64,000 nt of DNA from a virus (taxonomy: Duplodnaviria > Heunggongvirae > Uroviricota > Caudoviricetes), in the IMG/VR virus record IMGVR_UViG_2778261631_000002; one strand, given 5' to 3'. A program made the translations under genes and the position numbers. The stretch's first letter is position 1; the number at the start of each line of letters is the position of its first letter. Below, one piece after another: positions 41,699 through 50,546 of this stretch. The notes under the pieces are model-generated. The model ran no database searches, was not told where the DNA came from, and saw nothing but the letters and a program-made list of their open reading frames with translations.

Positions 41699-42208
41699 AT
41701 GGGGCACAATAACACTAAGGGAAACCGTAAATTTATTAAGGGCCGCTATACTGCCAACGCGGCCAAAGGCGAACGACTGGTATCTTCTGAATTCCAGCTC
41801 ACTTTTGCAGGCCATGAAGATATCAGCGTACTGGTTCGCACGTCGCAAATTCCTGAAATGACCCGCGAGGATGTGGAGGACTATGGTCCGAATGGTGTGA
41901 AGTTCAACCAGCACGGTCCAATTCGAAACTCTGGGGAAATCCAGGTCCAGTGCGTGGAGACTATCGAAGGCGATATTCTTCAGTTCATTAAAGATCGCAT
42001 TGCGGCGAAGGACTATGTTGATATCACGATGGCTGCTACCCCTGAATCCAAATCTTCCGGGGTTAACGCTGTGACAAAAGCTGCTACAACAATTGAAATG
42101 TTGGACTGCAAAATCTACAGTGATGCAATCGACTTTAGTACCGAAGATGTGACTGCCGCTGTGCGCCCGTCACTTCGTATCGTCTACAACTGGATTGAGT
42201 GGGATTAA
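41699..42208 (+). CDS. Tail tube-like protein candidate (169 aa)
   Basis: Size and position typical of myovirus tube proteins; tentative. Confidence 0.45.
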   Translation: MGHNNTKGNRKFIKGRYTANAAKGERLVSSEFQLTFAGHEDISVLVRTSQIPEMTREDVEDYGPNGVKFNQHGPIRNSGEIQVQCVETIEGDILQFIKDRIAAKDYVDITMAATPESKSSGVNAVTKAATTIEMLDCKIYSDAIDFSTEDVTAAVRPSLRIVYNWIEWD

Positions 42209-42238
42209 GTGTTATCCCTTGTACTTTTAATCTTCTTC

Positions 42239-42259
42239 GGGGGAGGTTTACCTCCCCTT
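42239..42259 (+). terminator. Stem-loop at the boundary of the AT-rich island (weak U-run)
   Basis: GGGGAGG-TTTA-CCTCCCC. Confidence 0.4.
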
Positions 42260-42505
42260 GATACAACCGCATTCCACCGCCTAGCGAATAGAGTAAAATA
42301 ACATCTTGTAAATACTCTGGTATGAAGTGAGTGTAAACTAACAGTTACCTATTAATAAATACTCCTATACTTTTCTACCTTAAATATTTAGTATGCACAT
42401 GGTTAAATTTATGTAGCGTCAAAGTTTGTGAAGGCAAGATGTCCGTTAATCTTTGTCGAAGCATATATGGTTCTAGGAAGTATTGGCTTATTTAAGAGGA
42501 ATGTC

Positions 42506-43498
42506 ATGTTACGTATCAATGATATGAGCAATATTATTGTAGGTATTTACAGCAAAAAAAATGAAGAAAAATCATTTGAGTATATGTACTCTTATCTGAC
42601 AAGGAAAACAGCTTATTTAACACGTGAGTTTATTCGTGATGGTAATCAGGATAAAGAATTATTAAAAAATACCTATATAGAAGCATTGTCTTGGCTTTTT
42701 GCAATCTGTGATAAACTTGAAATACAACCACAGGAAGCATTTTATAAAAAATTTCCTAGTTGCTGTCCTTATTGCTTAGGGGCGCCTTGTTCCTGTTCTC
42801 AAACACACAGAAAGCCAGAGAAAATAAGAAGCGCAAAAGGAATTAAAGATGAGCTTTTCAATAAATATAACGCTATTAAACCTATGCAATTTCCGCCTTA
42901 TGCGCCACGAATGATTAATGACATCTATCCGTCGAATAGAACCATTTGGTCTACTTTTGGTGGGTTTTATCATTCATCCAGGTTATTCGAAGAGTTGGGT
43001 GAGTTGCAAGAGGCTTATGCTAAATCAATTGAAGATAAAAATTACAACAAAGAAAATCTTCATGAAGAGTGTGCTGATATATATGCTTGGTTGTTTTCTT
43101 TATGGGGGATTATTTTTAAAGATGATGATCTTGGCGAGGCGTTTGAAAGTTATTATCTAAATGGTTGTCCTGTCTGCAATAAAAGAGAATGTGTTTGTGT
43201 CAGTTATTCAGGGAAGATTAGTAAAACTGATGAGAAAAGAGCATCATTGGAAAAACTTAAACAAGAGTTAGAACTTCTCTTGAAGGATGAGACGACAGGT
43301 GAGTTTAAGGAGAATTTAGAGTCTGCTATATCTGCAATTAAAGATGCGATAGACTCAGGAAAAGATGCAGATAGCAGAAGAACTTTATCGGAAGTCGAAA
43401 GTGTTCTTGACTCAATCGAAAAAAATTCAGCCAAGATGTCTAGTGTGGCAAGTAACGCCCTTAATGTTTTTAATGTAATCAGTAAGTTATTCCAATAA
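42506..43498 (+). CDS. MazG-like NTP-pyrophosphohydrolase-fold protein with two Cys clusters and C-terminal coiled coil (330 aa from ATG 42506; alternative ATG at 42467)
   Basis: FEELGELQEAYAKS...HEECADIYAWLFSLWG matches the EExxE / EExxD helices of MazG/HisE-type all-alpha NTP-PPases; CCPYCLGAPCSC and CPVCNKRECVC clusters; strongly AT-rich codon usage unlike its neighbours. Confidence 0.6.
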   Translation: MLRINDMSNIIVGIYSKKNEEKSFEYMYSYLTRKTAYLTREFIRDGNQDKELLKNTYIEALSWLFAICDKLEIQPQEAFYKKFPSCCPYCLGAPCSCSQTHRKPEKIRSAKGIKDELFNKYNAIKPMQFPPYAPRMINDIYPSNRTIWSTFGGFYHSSRLFEELGELQEAYAKSIEDKNYNKENLHEECADIYAWLFSLWGIIFKDDDLGEAFESYYLNGCPVCNKRECVCVSYSGKISKTDEKRASLEKLKQELELLLKDETTGEFKENLESAISAIKDAIDSGKDADSRRTLSEVESVLDSIEKNSAKMSSVASNALNVFNVISKLFQ

Positions 43499-43505
43499 TG
43501 GTGCC

Positions 43506-43550
43506 CACCGGTTTGTTAGAAAATGAACCGGTGTTGTATTATTTATTATT
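43506..43550 (+). terminator. Rho-independent terminator after the MazG-like gene
   Basis: CACCGGTT-loop-AACCGGTG followed by a T-rich run. Confidence 0.6.
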
Positions 43551-43852
43551 AAATTAATTTTAATCCTAATAGATGGATGTTTGTTGTGGATATAATTTGT
43601 TTAAGTTTTAGGTGTATTTTTCCATATATAATCTAGGTGGTATTAGCGAAGCAAGTATGGAATTTTGTTAACAGCTAGATATTTCTGAAAGTCATCATGT
43701 CGCGAAGGCTATTGGGAGATATGGTCTGAATCTTTGCATGATGTGAAATAACTCCTTCTACTTCATTGTGTTTTACACTATTGGGGAGAAAAGGGTGCAT
43801 TGAGGTTACCAGACACACGAAGAGTGGCGGGGATCACTCCCCGCCAGGTCTC

Positions 43853-44008
43853 TTACCTTTCAGATTCGTAGGCTGTGAAGACAGTGACCTCCGTCTGGCC
43901 GGTTCGGATTCGTACCTCGCAGAGGTCTTTCCTCGTTACCAGTGCCGTCACAATGACGGTTAAACAGATGACGATCAGAGCGATTAACATCGCTTTTTGC
44001 TGCTTCAT
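43853..44008 (-). CDS. hok: Hok/Gef-family type I toxin, 51 aa (MKQQKAMLIALIVICLTVIVTALVTRKDLCEVRIRTGQTEVTVFTAYESER)
   Basis: Near-identity in pattern to HokC/Gef (MKQHKAMIVALIVICITAVVAALVTRKDLCEVHIRTGQTEVAVFTAYESE); AGGAG RBS; below the ORF-track size cutoff. Confidence 0.8.
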   Translation of the reverse strand: MKQQKAMLIALIVICLTVIVTALVTRKDLCEVRIRTGQTEVTVFTAYESER

Positions 44009-44066
44009 AGCCTGCTTCTCCTTGACCTTTTGGTCGGTAAGAGGCTAATCTACGTATGCTAAGCAT
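43860..44066 (-). CDS. mok: mok-like overlapping reading frame (68 codons) coupling hok translation
   Basis: ORF in a different frame starting upstream of and overlapping hok, the canonical hok/mok/sok arrangement. Confidence 0.5.
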   Translation of the reverse strand: MLSIRRLASYRPKGQGEAGYEAAKSDVNRSDRHLFNRHCDGTGNEERPLRGTNPNRPDGGHCLHSLRI

Positions 44067-44090
44067 AGATATGGCCTCAGATTAATGTTA
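44010..44090 (+). ncRNA. sok: Predicted Sok-like antisense RNA region (boundaries not determined)
   Basis: By analogy with hok/sok loci the antisense RNA is antisense to the mok start region; TTGACC -35-like hexamer at about 44023 on the plus strand. Confidence 0.3.
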
Positions 44091-44189
44091 AGCGTCTTGC
44101 AGGACGCGTAATGTTATCTGGGGCTTTCTTCTATCTGCTTTTCGGGTCATGCCTGAAGCAGATAGCCTCAAGCACCCGCAACGATTGTA

Positions 44190-44516
44190 TCAATGTCTGG
44201 CTTTTTTTCTATAGAAATCACCTGGAAGGGTGAATATCCACATCAGAAGAAATGTTGCAGCAAACATGATCCCTAATGGCCAGACCGCGCCAAAGAAAAT
44301 CCATACTAAGATCTCCTCTGCTCGTTCTTTGCGGTCGATATCGACAAGCATTTTTCGGCTGATCATGTATACACAGAAGCCAATACAAACATATCCTGCA
44401 AAAGCGATCGCTAACTGTAAAAAATCAGATTGCATCTCCGACCTCAAACTGAAAACGCCAGGTGACTCCAGATTAGAGCAATCTATCACCCCCTGAATCC
44501 TGCCGGTATACCCCAT
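44190..44516 (-). CDS. Small membrane protein (two predicted TM segments; start uncertain, possibly the internal MQSDFLQ)
   Basis: Hydrophobic stretches; overlaps the repL 3' end. Confidence 0.4.
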   Translation of the reverse strand: MGYTGRIQGVIDCSNLESPGVFSLRSEMQSDFLQLAIAFAGYVCIGFCVYMISRKMLVDIDRKERAEEILVWIFFGAVWPLGIMFAATFLLMWIFTLPGDFYRKKARH

Positions 44517-45295
44517 TTTTCGTTATCTTTATTTTTGGCTAAAACCGCATTAAGAGCTTCGTTTACCGTCATGCAATGCGGTAGATTATCGAAGTTTGAT
44601 ATCCCGCCAATATCAGGCGAACGCTTGTTCTTCAGGTAAGCATATTTCCGCGCAGCCGCCTCTACTTTCTGCTTGAACTCATGTTTTTGAGCGCGTTTTT
44701 TGGATAACCGCAGATTGTCAGCCTTTGCTTTTGCCTCAGCGATCCATGAAGTCAATTTTTTGAGTCTTGTCGTTCCGGCACCGCCGGAAACTGATCTTTT
44801 TGTTTTTTTAACTTGTGACTTCTTATTCTTTATTGCCACGTCATCCTGACAGGGGGAGGGGGTATCATTTTGACATGGGGGTGTGGATAAAAAATCAAAT
44901 AAAGCCAATGTCTTAGCGAGAACAGCTTTAACCTTGGTTGCGGCTGAAGAGATCTTTAATTTGCTTTCAATCAGCGCGTTTTTAGCGTGTTGTGCGAAGG
45001 CCAAAAAGGATGGTGTAAACCGGTACAGGTTAGCGCGGCGTTCACGGTGATCGCCGATAACAATCTCTACCGACAGGATTCCTTTGTTTACAGCTTCACG
45101 GAATGCGCGAACGACGGTTGATTGGCTATAACCAGTTTCTGCCGCGATCATGCGGTGAGGCTTGTGAATGAAGTATTCACTGGTTGTTGCCGCGAGATTT
45201 GCACATTGCGACAGGATATGCCCGGCGCTACGGGATAGACCGGAGTGTGTTACAAAGCAGGCCAATTCATAGCCAGAAAAAGTAAAATCGCTCAT
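44486..45295 (-). CDS. repL: RepL lytic replication initiator (start taken at MSDFTFSGYEL)
   Basis: Translation recognised as P1 RepL; follows kilA as in P1. Confidence 0.8.
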   Translation of the reverse strand: MSDFTFSGYELACFVTHSGLSRSAGHILSQCANLAATTSEYFIHKPHRMIAAETGYSQSTVVRAFREAVNKGILSVEIVIGDHRERRANLYRFTPSFLAFAQHAKNALIESKLKISSAATKVKAVLAKTLALFDFLSTPPCQNDTPSPCQDDVAIKNKKSQVKKTKRSVSGGAGTTRLKKLTSWIAEAKAKADNLRLSKKRAQKHEFKQKVEAAARKYAYLKNKRSPDIGGISNFDNLPHCMTVNEALNAVLAKNKDNEKWGIPAGFRG

Positions 45296-45360
45296 CGTTA
45301 TACAGCTCAGGAAAGTGACTTTAGCCAGCATTACAATGCTGGTGGTTCTTACTACGTCTG

Positions 45361-46161
45361 TTAGCGCGTAGCCGCGACATGTACCAGCACACCAGCATCA
45401 AGCAATCGCTTCATTAGCCACTGCTGACCTTTGCCGGTTATACGAGTCGTGAAAGAAATCCTGCTTCCGTTGCTTGTATCGATCACGGTTTCTTTGAGGG
45501 TGAAGTACCCACGGGATATGTATTCTTGTTTGGGGACGTTCCTGCGTTCACCGGTTGCGATCAGAATTCCGTTATCACGCAACCAGGTGAAGAGATAGTT
45601 TTGGCCCAGGCCGAGCACTTTGGCATAGTTGCCGATTAGAACCCCGCTGGCGGTAGCAACGCGTTCGGCGAATTCGACTTTAGGCGCATCCATAAGCATT
45701 TTTTGCTCCAGCCGTTGCTTTTGCTCTGCCAGGTCGGCAGCCAAACGGAGAGCTTCAGGGAGACTCTGCGGAATAGCAGGTTGCAATCTTCCGGCTCGAT
45801 AGTCGATAAATGTCTGGTTTACCTTCAGCCGAAACGCGGGAGAAATCCAGCCTGCGTACTCCACAGCGAGCAATTCATGGGCAAACGTACCGCCGCCACG
45901 GCCTTCGAACGAAACTATGCAATTCTGCATAGTTTCTTTTTCAAGCTCTTCGATGAGCTGTTTGGCTGACAGCGTTCTTAGCCATTGAGCTGGCGCTTTA
46001 TGGGCACCGAGTCCGCTCGCTCTGTGTAGAGCATTAAGGTTGTAACGGCCAGCGCGGTCGGTCGTAATTTCAACACCACAAATAACAGGCAGAGTGGTTG
46101 AAGGATCGACATTTTGATGAAGGTTTGATATATTCATATCCGCATTGAATGTTTGTTGCAT
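45361..46161 (-). CDS. kilA: KilA (KilA-N domain protein), 266 aa
   Basis: KilA-N-type N-terminus; C-terminal half paralogous to the upstream Ant protein; preceded by a C1 operator. Confidence 0.7.
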   Translation of the reverse strand: MQQTFNADMNISNLHQNVDPSTTLPVICGVEITTDRAGRYNLNALHRASGLGAHKAPAQWLRTLSAKQLIEELEKETMQNCIVSFEGRGGGTFAHELLAVEYAGWISPAFRLKVNQTFIDYRAGRLQPAIPQSLPEALRLAADLAEQKQRLEQKMLMDAPKVEFAERVATASGVLIGNYAKVLGLGQNYLFTWLRDNGILIATGERRNVPKQEYISRGYFTLKETVIDTSNGSRISFTTRITGKGQQWLMKRLLDAGVLVHVAATR

Positions 46162-46230
46162 TTTTTCTCCAAATTTGCATCAACCTTCAATCACCAGCTC
46201 GAAATGGTGATTCTTTGCACTTAGAAAACG

Positions 46231-46247
46231 AAATTTATTAGAGCAAA
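46231..46247 (-). promoter_or_regulatory. C1 operator upstream of kilA-repL
   Basis: Minus strand TTTGCTCTAATAAATTT, 16/17. Confidence 0.6.
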
Positions 46248-46324
46248 TTTTTCTGACTCGATCCAGATCGGGTTGGTCGATCTGCTCAGAAACCTGCCAG
46301 TTTGCTGGCAGGTTTTTTCTTTTG

Positions 46325-47368
46325 TTAACCTATTGCTACTGGTTTTAACAAACCAGCATCAAGTAGCTTGCGAGTTAACCACTGCTGGCCTTTACCCGTT
46401 AATTGGGGCGTCAGCCGTATCTGGTAGCCATTTTCATCATCCAGCACCACTTCTTTCACCGTGAAATACCCGGCGTTAATGTACTGCTGGCGCGGTACGT
46501 TTTTGCGCGCACCAAAAGCCATGAGAATGCCGTTCTGGCGCAACCATGAGAAAAGGGCGTTTTGCTTAAGTCCAACGACCTTTGCAAAGTTCCCGATCAG
46601 GATTCCATTAGCCGCTGATACCCGGTCGGCAAAATCGACTTTAGGGGCTGCGGCCACCAGCTGTTGTTCCAACTGCATTTTCTGTTCTGCCAACTCGGCA
46701 GCCAGGCGTAGAGCGTCTGGTAATGTTTGGGGGATCGATGGGGCAGGGGAGTTTGCCTGCTGCAATTCTTCCAGTTTGTCGATCAGCGAACGGCGGACTG
46801 CTTTTGACTCGCGCGCGGCGACTCGCAGGGCTTGTTTGTAGGTCATGGTTATGACAACCATAGGCGTACCGCCACCTGGCGGCACGGTTGCACTTTTTGT
46901 GTAACCGTCCTCACCTTCTAATTCGTCGAGTATTTTTTTGATGAATTTGTTGTTCCGAACCTCTGGTTCCCCACATAACTTACGCGCTTCATTGACCATC
47001 TTTAACAGCGTCTGGCTGTCGATTGTGTCTCCAGTGTTGGAGATAACATTCACAGCTGGTGATGGCGTAGCTGAAGCAAAAGATGCTGGTTTTTTAACAT
47101 TCAAATTATTACTGGTCATTCTATGTGCCTCCTTTCTCATTTCTGCTGCCACCGTTGCGTAACGTAGACGTCCTTGTTCAATCAAATAATCCCTGATCTC
47201 GGCTATCAGTAGCCTGTTGATCACAGCCTTATCTGTTCGGGTATAAAAACGTCTGGTTATCATGAAATAGTTGGCAATTGCGCCGGGGATCTCCCGTGTC
47301 GGCATACAGGCAGTATGCAGGGCGATCGCTTCGGCTATGTCATTACGGGTGACGAGAGGTTTTTTCAT
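46325..47368 (-). CDS. ant1: Antirepressor Ant (347 aa)
   Basis: Position downstream of icd/c4 in an immI-like region; C-terminal domain shared with KilA. Confidence 0.7.
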   Translation of the reverse strand: MKKPLVTRNDIAEAIALHTACMPTREIPGAIANYFMITRRFYTRTDKAVINRLLIAEIRDYLIEQGRLRYATVAAEMRKEAHRMTSNNLNVKKPASFASATPSPAVNVISNTGDTIDSQTLLKMVNEARKLCGEPEVRNNKFIKKILDELEGEDGYTKSATVPPGGGTPMVVITMTYKQALRVAARESKAVRRSLIDKLEELQQANSPAPSIPQTLPDALRLAAELAEQKMQLEQQLVAAAPKVDFADRVSAANGILIGNFAKVVGLKQNALFSWLRQNGILMAFGARKNVPRQQYINAGYFTVKEVVLDDENGYQIRLTPQLTGKGQQWLTRKLLDAGLLKPVAIG

Positions 47369-47586
47369 AAAACCCCCTGAACGTCGGAAGAGAAGGGGAG
47401 GTTCCAGTAACTAAGTGAATTGCGCGAGTTAGTTGAAAAACGGGCAGTAAAAATGCAGGGGCCATCAGGCAATTGAGAGCGTGCTTCGTCTTCTGTTGCT
47501 GCGATGACGAAGTGATAGTGGTGTTTTTTGCAGGAATAGAAACGCCAGATGAATTCTTGGCGTGCGCAAGGATTGGCATTAACCAT
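47365..47586 (-). CDS. icd: Icd-like small protein (73 aa) upstream of and coupled to ant
   Basis: 73-codon ORF ending 3 nt before the ant start, the size and position of P1 icd. Confidence 0.55.
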   Translation of the reverse strand: MVNANPCARQEFIWRFYSCKKHHYHFVIAATEDEARSQLPDGPCIFTARFSTNSRNSLSYWNLPFSSDVQGVL

Positions 47587-47624
47587 AGTTACGGCCTCAC
47601 AATCAGGTTTAACAACCTGCTACC

Positions 47625-47715
47625 CGCTGCTAAACAGGTGGCAGGACGTGACGGGGTTAGCAGACTGGCGATTGTGAAACCAGCAGGCCGAAGCCTCCCC
47701 ATCACGCCCCACCAT
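47625..47715 (-). ncRNA. c4: c4-like antisense regulatory RNA region (approximate)
   Basis: Between the operator at 47900 and icd; GTTTAGCAGC occurs twice and its complement CTGCTAAC downstream, consistent with c4 pairing with targets in its own transcript; stem-forming GGTGGGG...CCTGCCACC ends. Confidence 0.4.
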
Positions 47716-47899
47716 AATTTGGGCGTAACGCGGTTTTACGGACACAAAAATACCGCAATATCGGATATCTGCGGCTGTCCGCACAATCATTCAGGCTGCT
47801 AAACCCGGTCGCAGAATTTGCTACGACGGCGAAACTATAAGCCTGAACGATTAAAAGGTCAATATGATGCAAAAAGATAGCATTCGCGACTTAAAAATA

Positions 47900-47916
47900 C
47901 AAATTTATTAGAGCAG
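47900..47916 (-). promoter_or_regulatory. C1 operator of the immI operon
   Basis: Minus strand TCTGCTCTAATAAATTT, 15/17. Confidence 0.55.
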
Positions 47917-48198
47917 ATTAGCGTCGTGCAATAGATATATTATTTGTGATGAAAAATAATGCAGAGGGATATTGTAACTTTAAGATGGATATCAATAGTC
48001 GATACATAAATTAAGTTAGCAATAAACTATTAACTTAAGAAATAATGCAGATGGTGAACTTGTCTCTGACTTTTCAGCTATACACAATAAGTTAGGGATA
48101 GCTTATAAAAAGTTGATTAATTGATATAAGTCAATGGGAGTATTCTTGTTTACTTTCCGTTCTCGTGGTAACTTCTCGCCGGTTTTTGTTTTTCTGGG

Positions 48199-48720
48199 AT
48201 GATTCTTATGTCTAAAAAGTATACTTTATGCGCTCTTGTTGTATCTGCAATTCTTCTTTCTGGGTGTCAATCTAGCGGTGCTGATTATGCTGCCGATGTT
48301 TATGATACCGCTCAATTGAATTCGAAGCAGGAAACAAAGACAGTCAATATTATCTCTGTGCTTCCAGCTAAAGTGAAAGTTGATAATAAAGCTAATAAAG
48401 AAGCGGCACAGACATTTGGTGCGGTACTGGGAGCTGTTGCTGGGGGCGTTGCCGGTTATAATGTTAAAGGCACATCGACACTGGGTGCTGTAGCTGGCGG
48501 TACTGGTGGTGCGGCTCTTGGTGCAGCGGCTGGTTCTTTGGTTAGTGATAAAACAATTGTTGAAGGTGTTTCACTGACTTATAAAGAAGGAACTAAGGTG
48601 TTCACTTCAACTCAAGTTGGTAAAGCATGCCAGTTTACAACGGGGCTTGCTGTGCTTATTTCAACTAAAGATAATGAAACTCGAATTCAGCCAAATGCTA
48701 CTTGTCCAGAAAAGAAATAA
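48199..48720 (+). CDS. Lipoprotein with glycine-zipper region (lipobox LLSGC), about 170 aa
   Basis: Signal peptide plus lipobox; GAVLGAVAGGVAGYNVKGTSTLGAVAGGTGGAALGAAAGS glycine-zipper-like segment. Confidence 0.6.
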   Translation: MILMSKKYTLCALVVSAILLSGCQSSGADYAADVYDTAQLNSKQETKTVNIISVLPAKVKVDNKANKEAAQTFGAVLGAVAGGVAGYNVKGTSTLGAVAGGTGGAALGAAAGSLVSDKTIVEGVSLTYKEGTKVFTSTQVGKACQFTTGLAVLISTKDNETRIQPNATCPEKK

Positions 48721-48723
48721 TTT

Positions 48724-49263
48724 ATGAATAAAATTATTTTATTTCTAATCTTTTCTACGTTTAGTGTAGGCACTGCCTTGGCTAACTCGTTGCAAAGTCA
48801 AATTGCTGCTATTGCTCAAGCGGAAAATGAAGGGCGAGCTAAAGAGCAGCAAGCTGAGGATGCCAGAAAAGAACTTATTCGCCAACAAGCACAAGCTGAA
48901 CGTATTAGAAGAGAAAAAGCAGCATCTGCCGCTGCTGCACGCGAAAAACAGCGTGTTGCTGCAGAAAATGAACGTAGAGCGAAACGAGAAGCCGAGCTAG
49001 CAAATGACAAGAAGCGAGATCAAGCTTATGAGGATGAGCTTCGCAAGCTGCAACTCGAAAGCATGAAACTCGAACTGCAAGCAAAAGCGGCTCGTGTCCA
49101 GCGAGAAAACGATTTTATAGAGCAGGAGTTGAAGGAGAGAGCAGCTAAGACAGATGTAATTCAGTCTGAGGCTGATGCAAATAGAAATATTTCTACAGGA
49201 AGTAAAGATTTACTGCAAAGCGAAGGAAAAGCTAGAGAGAAGAAAGCTAGCAGTTGGTGGTAG
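48724..49263 (+). CDS. Secreted/periplasmic coiled-coil protein rich in Ala/Glu/Arg/Lys (179 aa)
   Basis: N-terminal signal peptide MNKIILFLIFSTFSVGTALA then charged helical repeats (TolA-like composition). Confidence 0.55.
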   Translation: MNKIILFLIFSTFSVGTALANSLQSQIAAIAQAENEGRAKEQQAEDARKELIRQQAQAERIRREKAASAAAAREKQRVAAENERRAKREAELANDKKRDQAYEDELRKLQLESMKLELQAKAARVQRENDFIEQELKERAAKTDVIQSEADANRNISTGSKDLLQSEGKAREKKASSWW

Positions 49264-49288
49264 TAATCACTACGATTGCGAGCATACT

Positions 49289-49312
49289 GTCACAAATGAC
49301 AACTCGTAGAAT
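49289..49312 (+). promoter_or_regulatory. Candidate Lpa-dependent late promoter (GTCACAAATGACA then TAGAAT)
   Basis: Motif shared with sites at 17109 and 36813. Confidence 0.4.
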
Positions 49313-49319
49313 CTGTTAA

Positions 49320-49910
<591 letters not shown>

Positions 49911-49920
49911 GGGGGCTGAT

Positions 49921-50532
49921 ATGGGGCTTAATGTTGCTTCAGTAAAGTCTTATGTATCTTCAGCATTAACGACGACATTATTTGGCTCCGGCGTTGGTGA
50001 ACGGGAAGTTGGTAAGCTGACGTCAATCATCATGAACAAAATGCTGTTCGCGCAAGGATGGCAGTTCTCTGTCGAAGTTGATGGACTGGAGGGGGCAGAC
50101 TTCTTTGCCAAAGATATTACCTACCACGATTACAGCATCGAATATGAAACGATTAAAATCGGCGGAGGGAATATCCTTCAGCCAACGGAGCGTTCGCCTG
50201 GGCAGATAACCATGATGGTCAGGGATACCGTTGATGGCCTCGTTTTGGACTGGTTTAAGACGGCAAAAAGTCGGGTGATCAATCCGGACGGTACCGGGAA
50301 TATACCGTCTAAATATTTGCTCAATGTGCGTATTTATCGGTTGCTGTCCTCCGGTTTAACCAAACTGGAAAATGAGATGACGGTATTCCCGGTCACTACC
50401 GGCGATGTCACCTATGCGCGGGATCAGGTTACGGAATTTAAGTCATTCCCAATGACCTTCGCATTGCACAGCACGTTTAACCAATCCTCAAGTTCTTTGG
50501 CTTCCCTTCTGGGCTTTAGTTTTTCTCTTTGA
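49921..50532 (+). CDS. Tail tube candidate (203 aa)
   Basis: Size and position upstream of the tape-measure-like sit gene; tentative. Confidence 0.45.
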   Translation: MGLNVASVKSYVSSALTTTLFGSGVGEREVGKLTSIIMNKMLFAQGWQFSVEVDGLEGADFFAKDITYHDYSIEYETIKIGGGNILQPTERSPGQITMMVRDTVDGLVLDWFKTAKSRVINPDGTGNIPSKYLLNVRIYRLLSSGLTKLENEMTVFPVTTGDVTYARDQVTEFKSFPMTFALHSTFNQSSSSLASLLGFSFSL

Positions 50533-50546
50533 ATTAAGGAGCAAGG

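Noticed and set aside
44468-44484. Partial C1 operator-like sequence at the repL 3' end
   Set aside because: Only 11/17 matches (ATTGCTCTAAT half) and it is inside coding sequence with no adjacent promoter; left unannotated.
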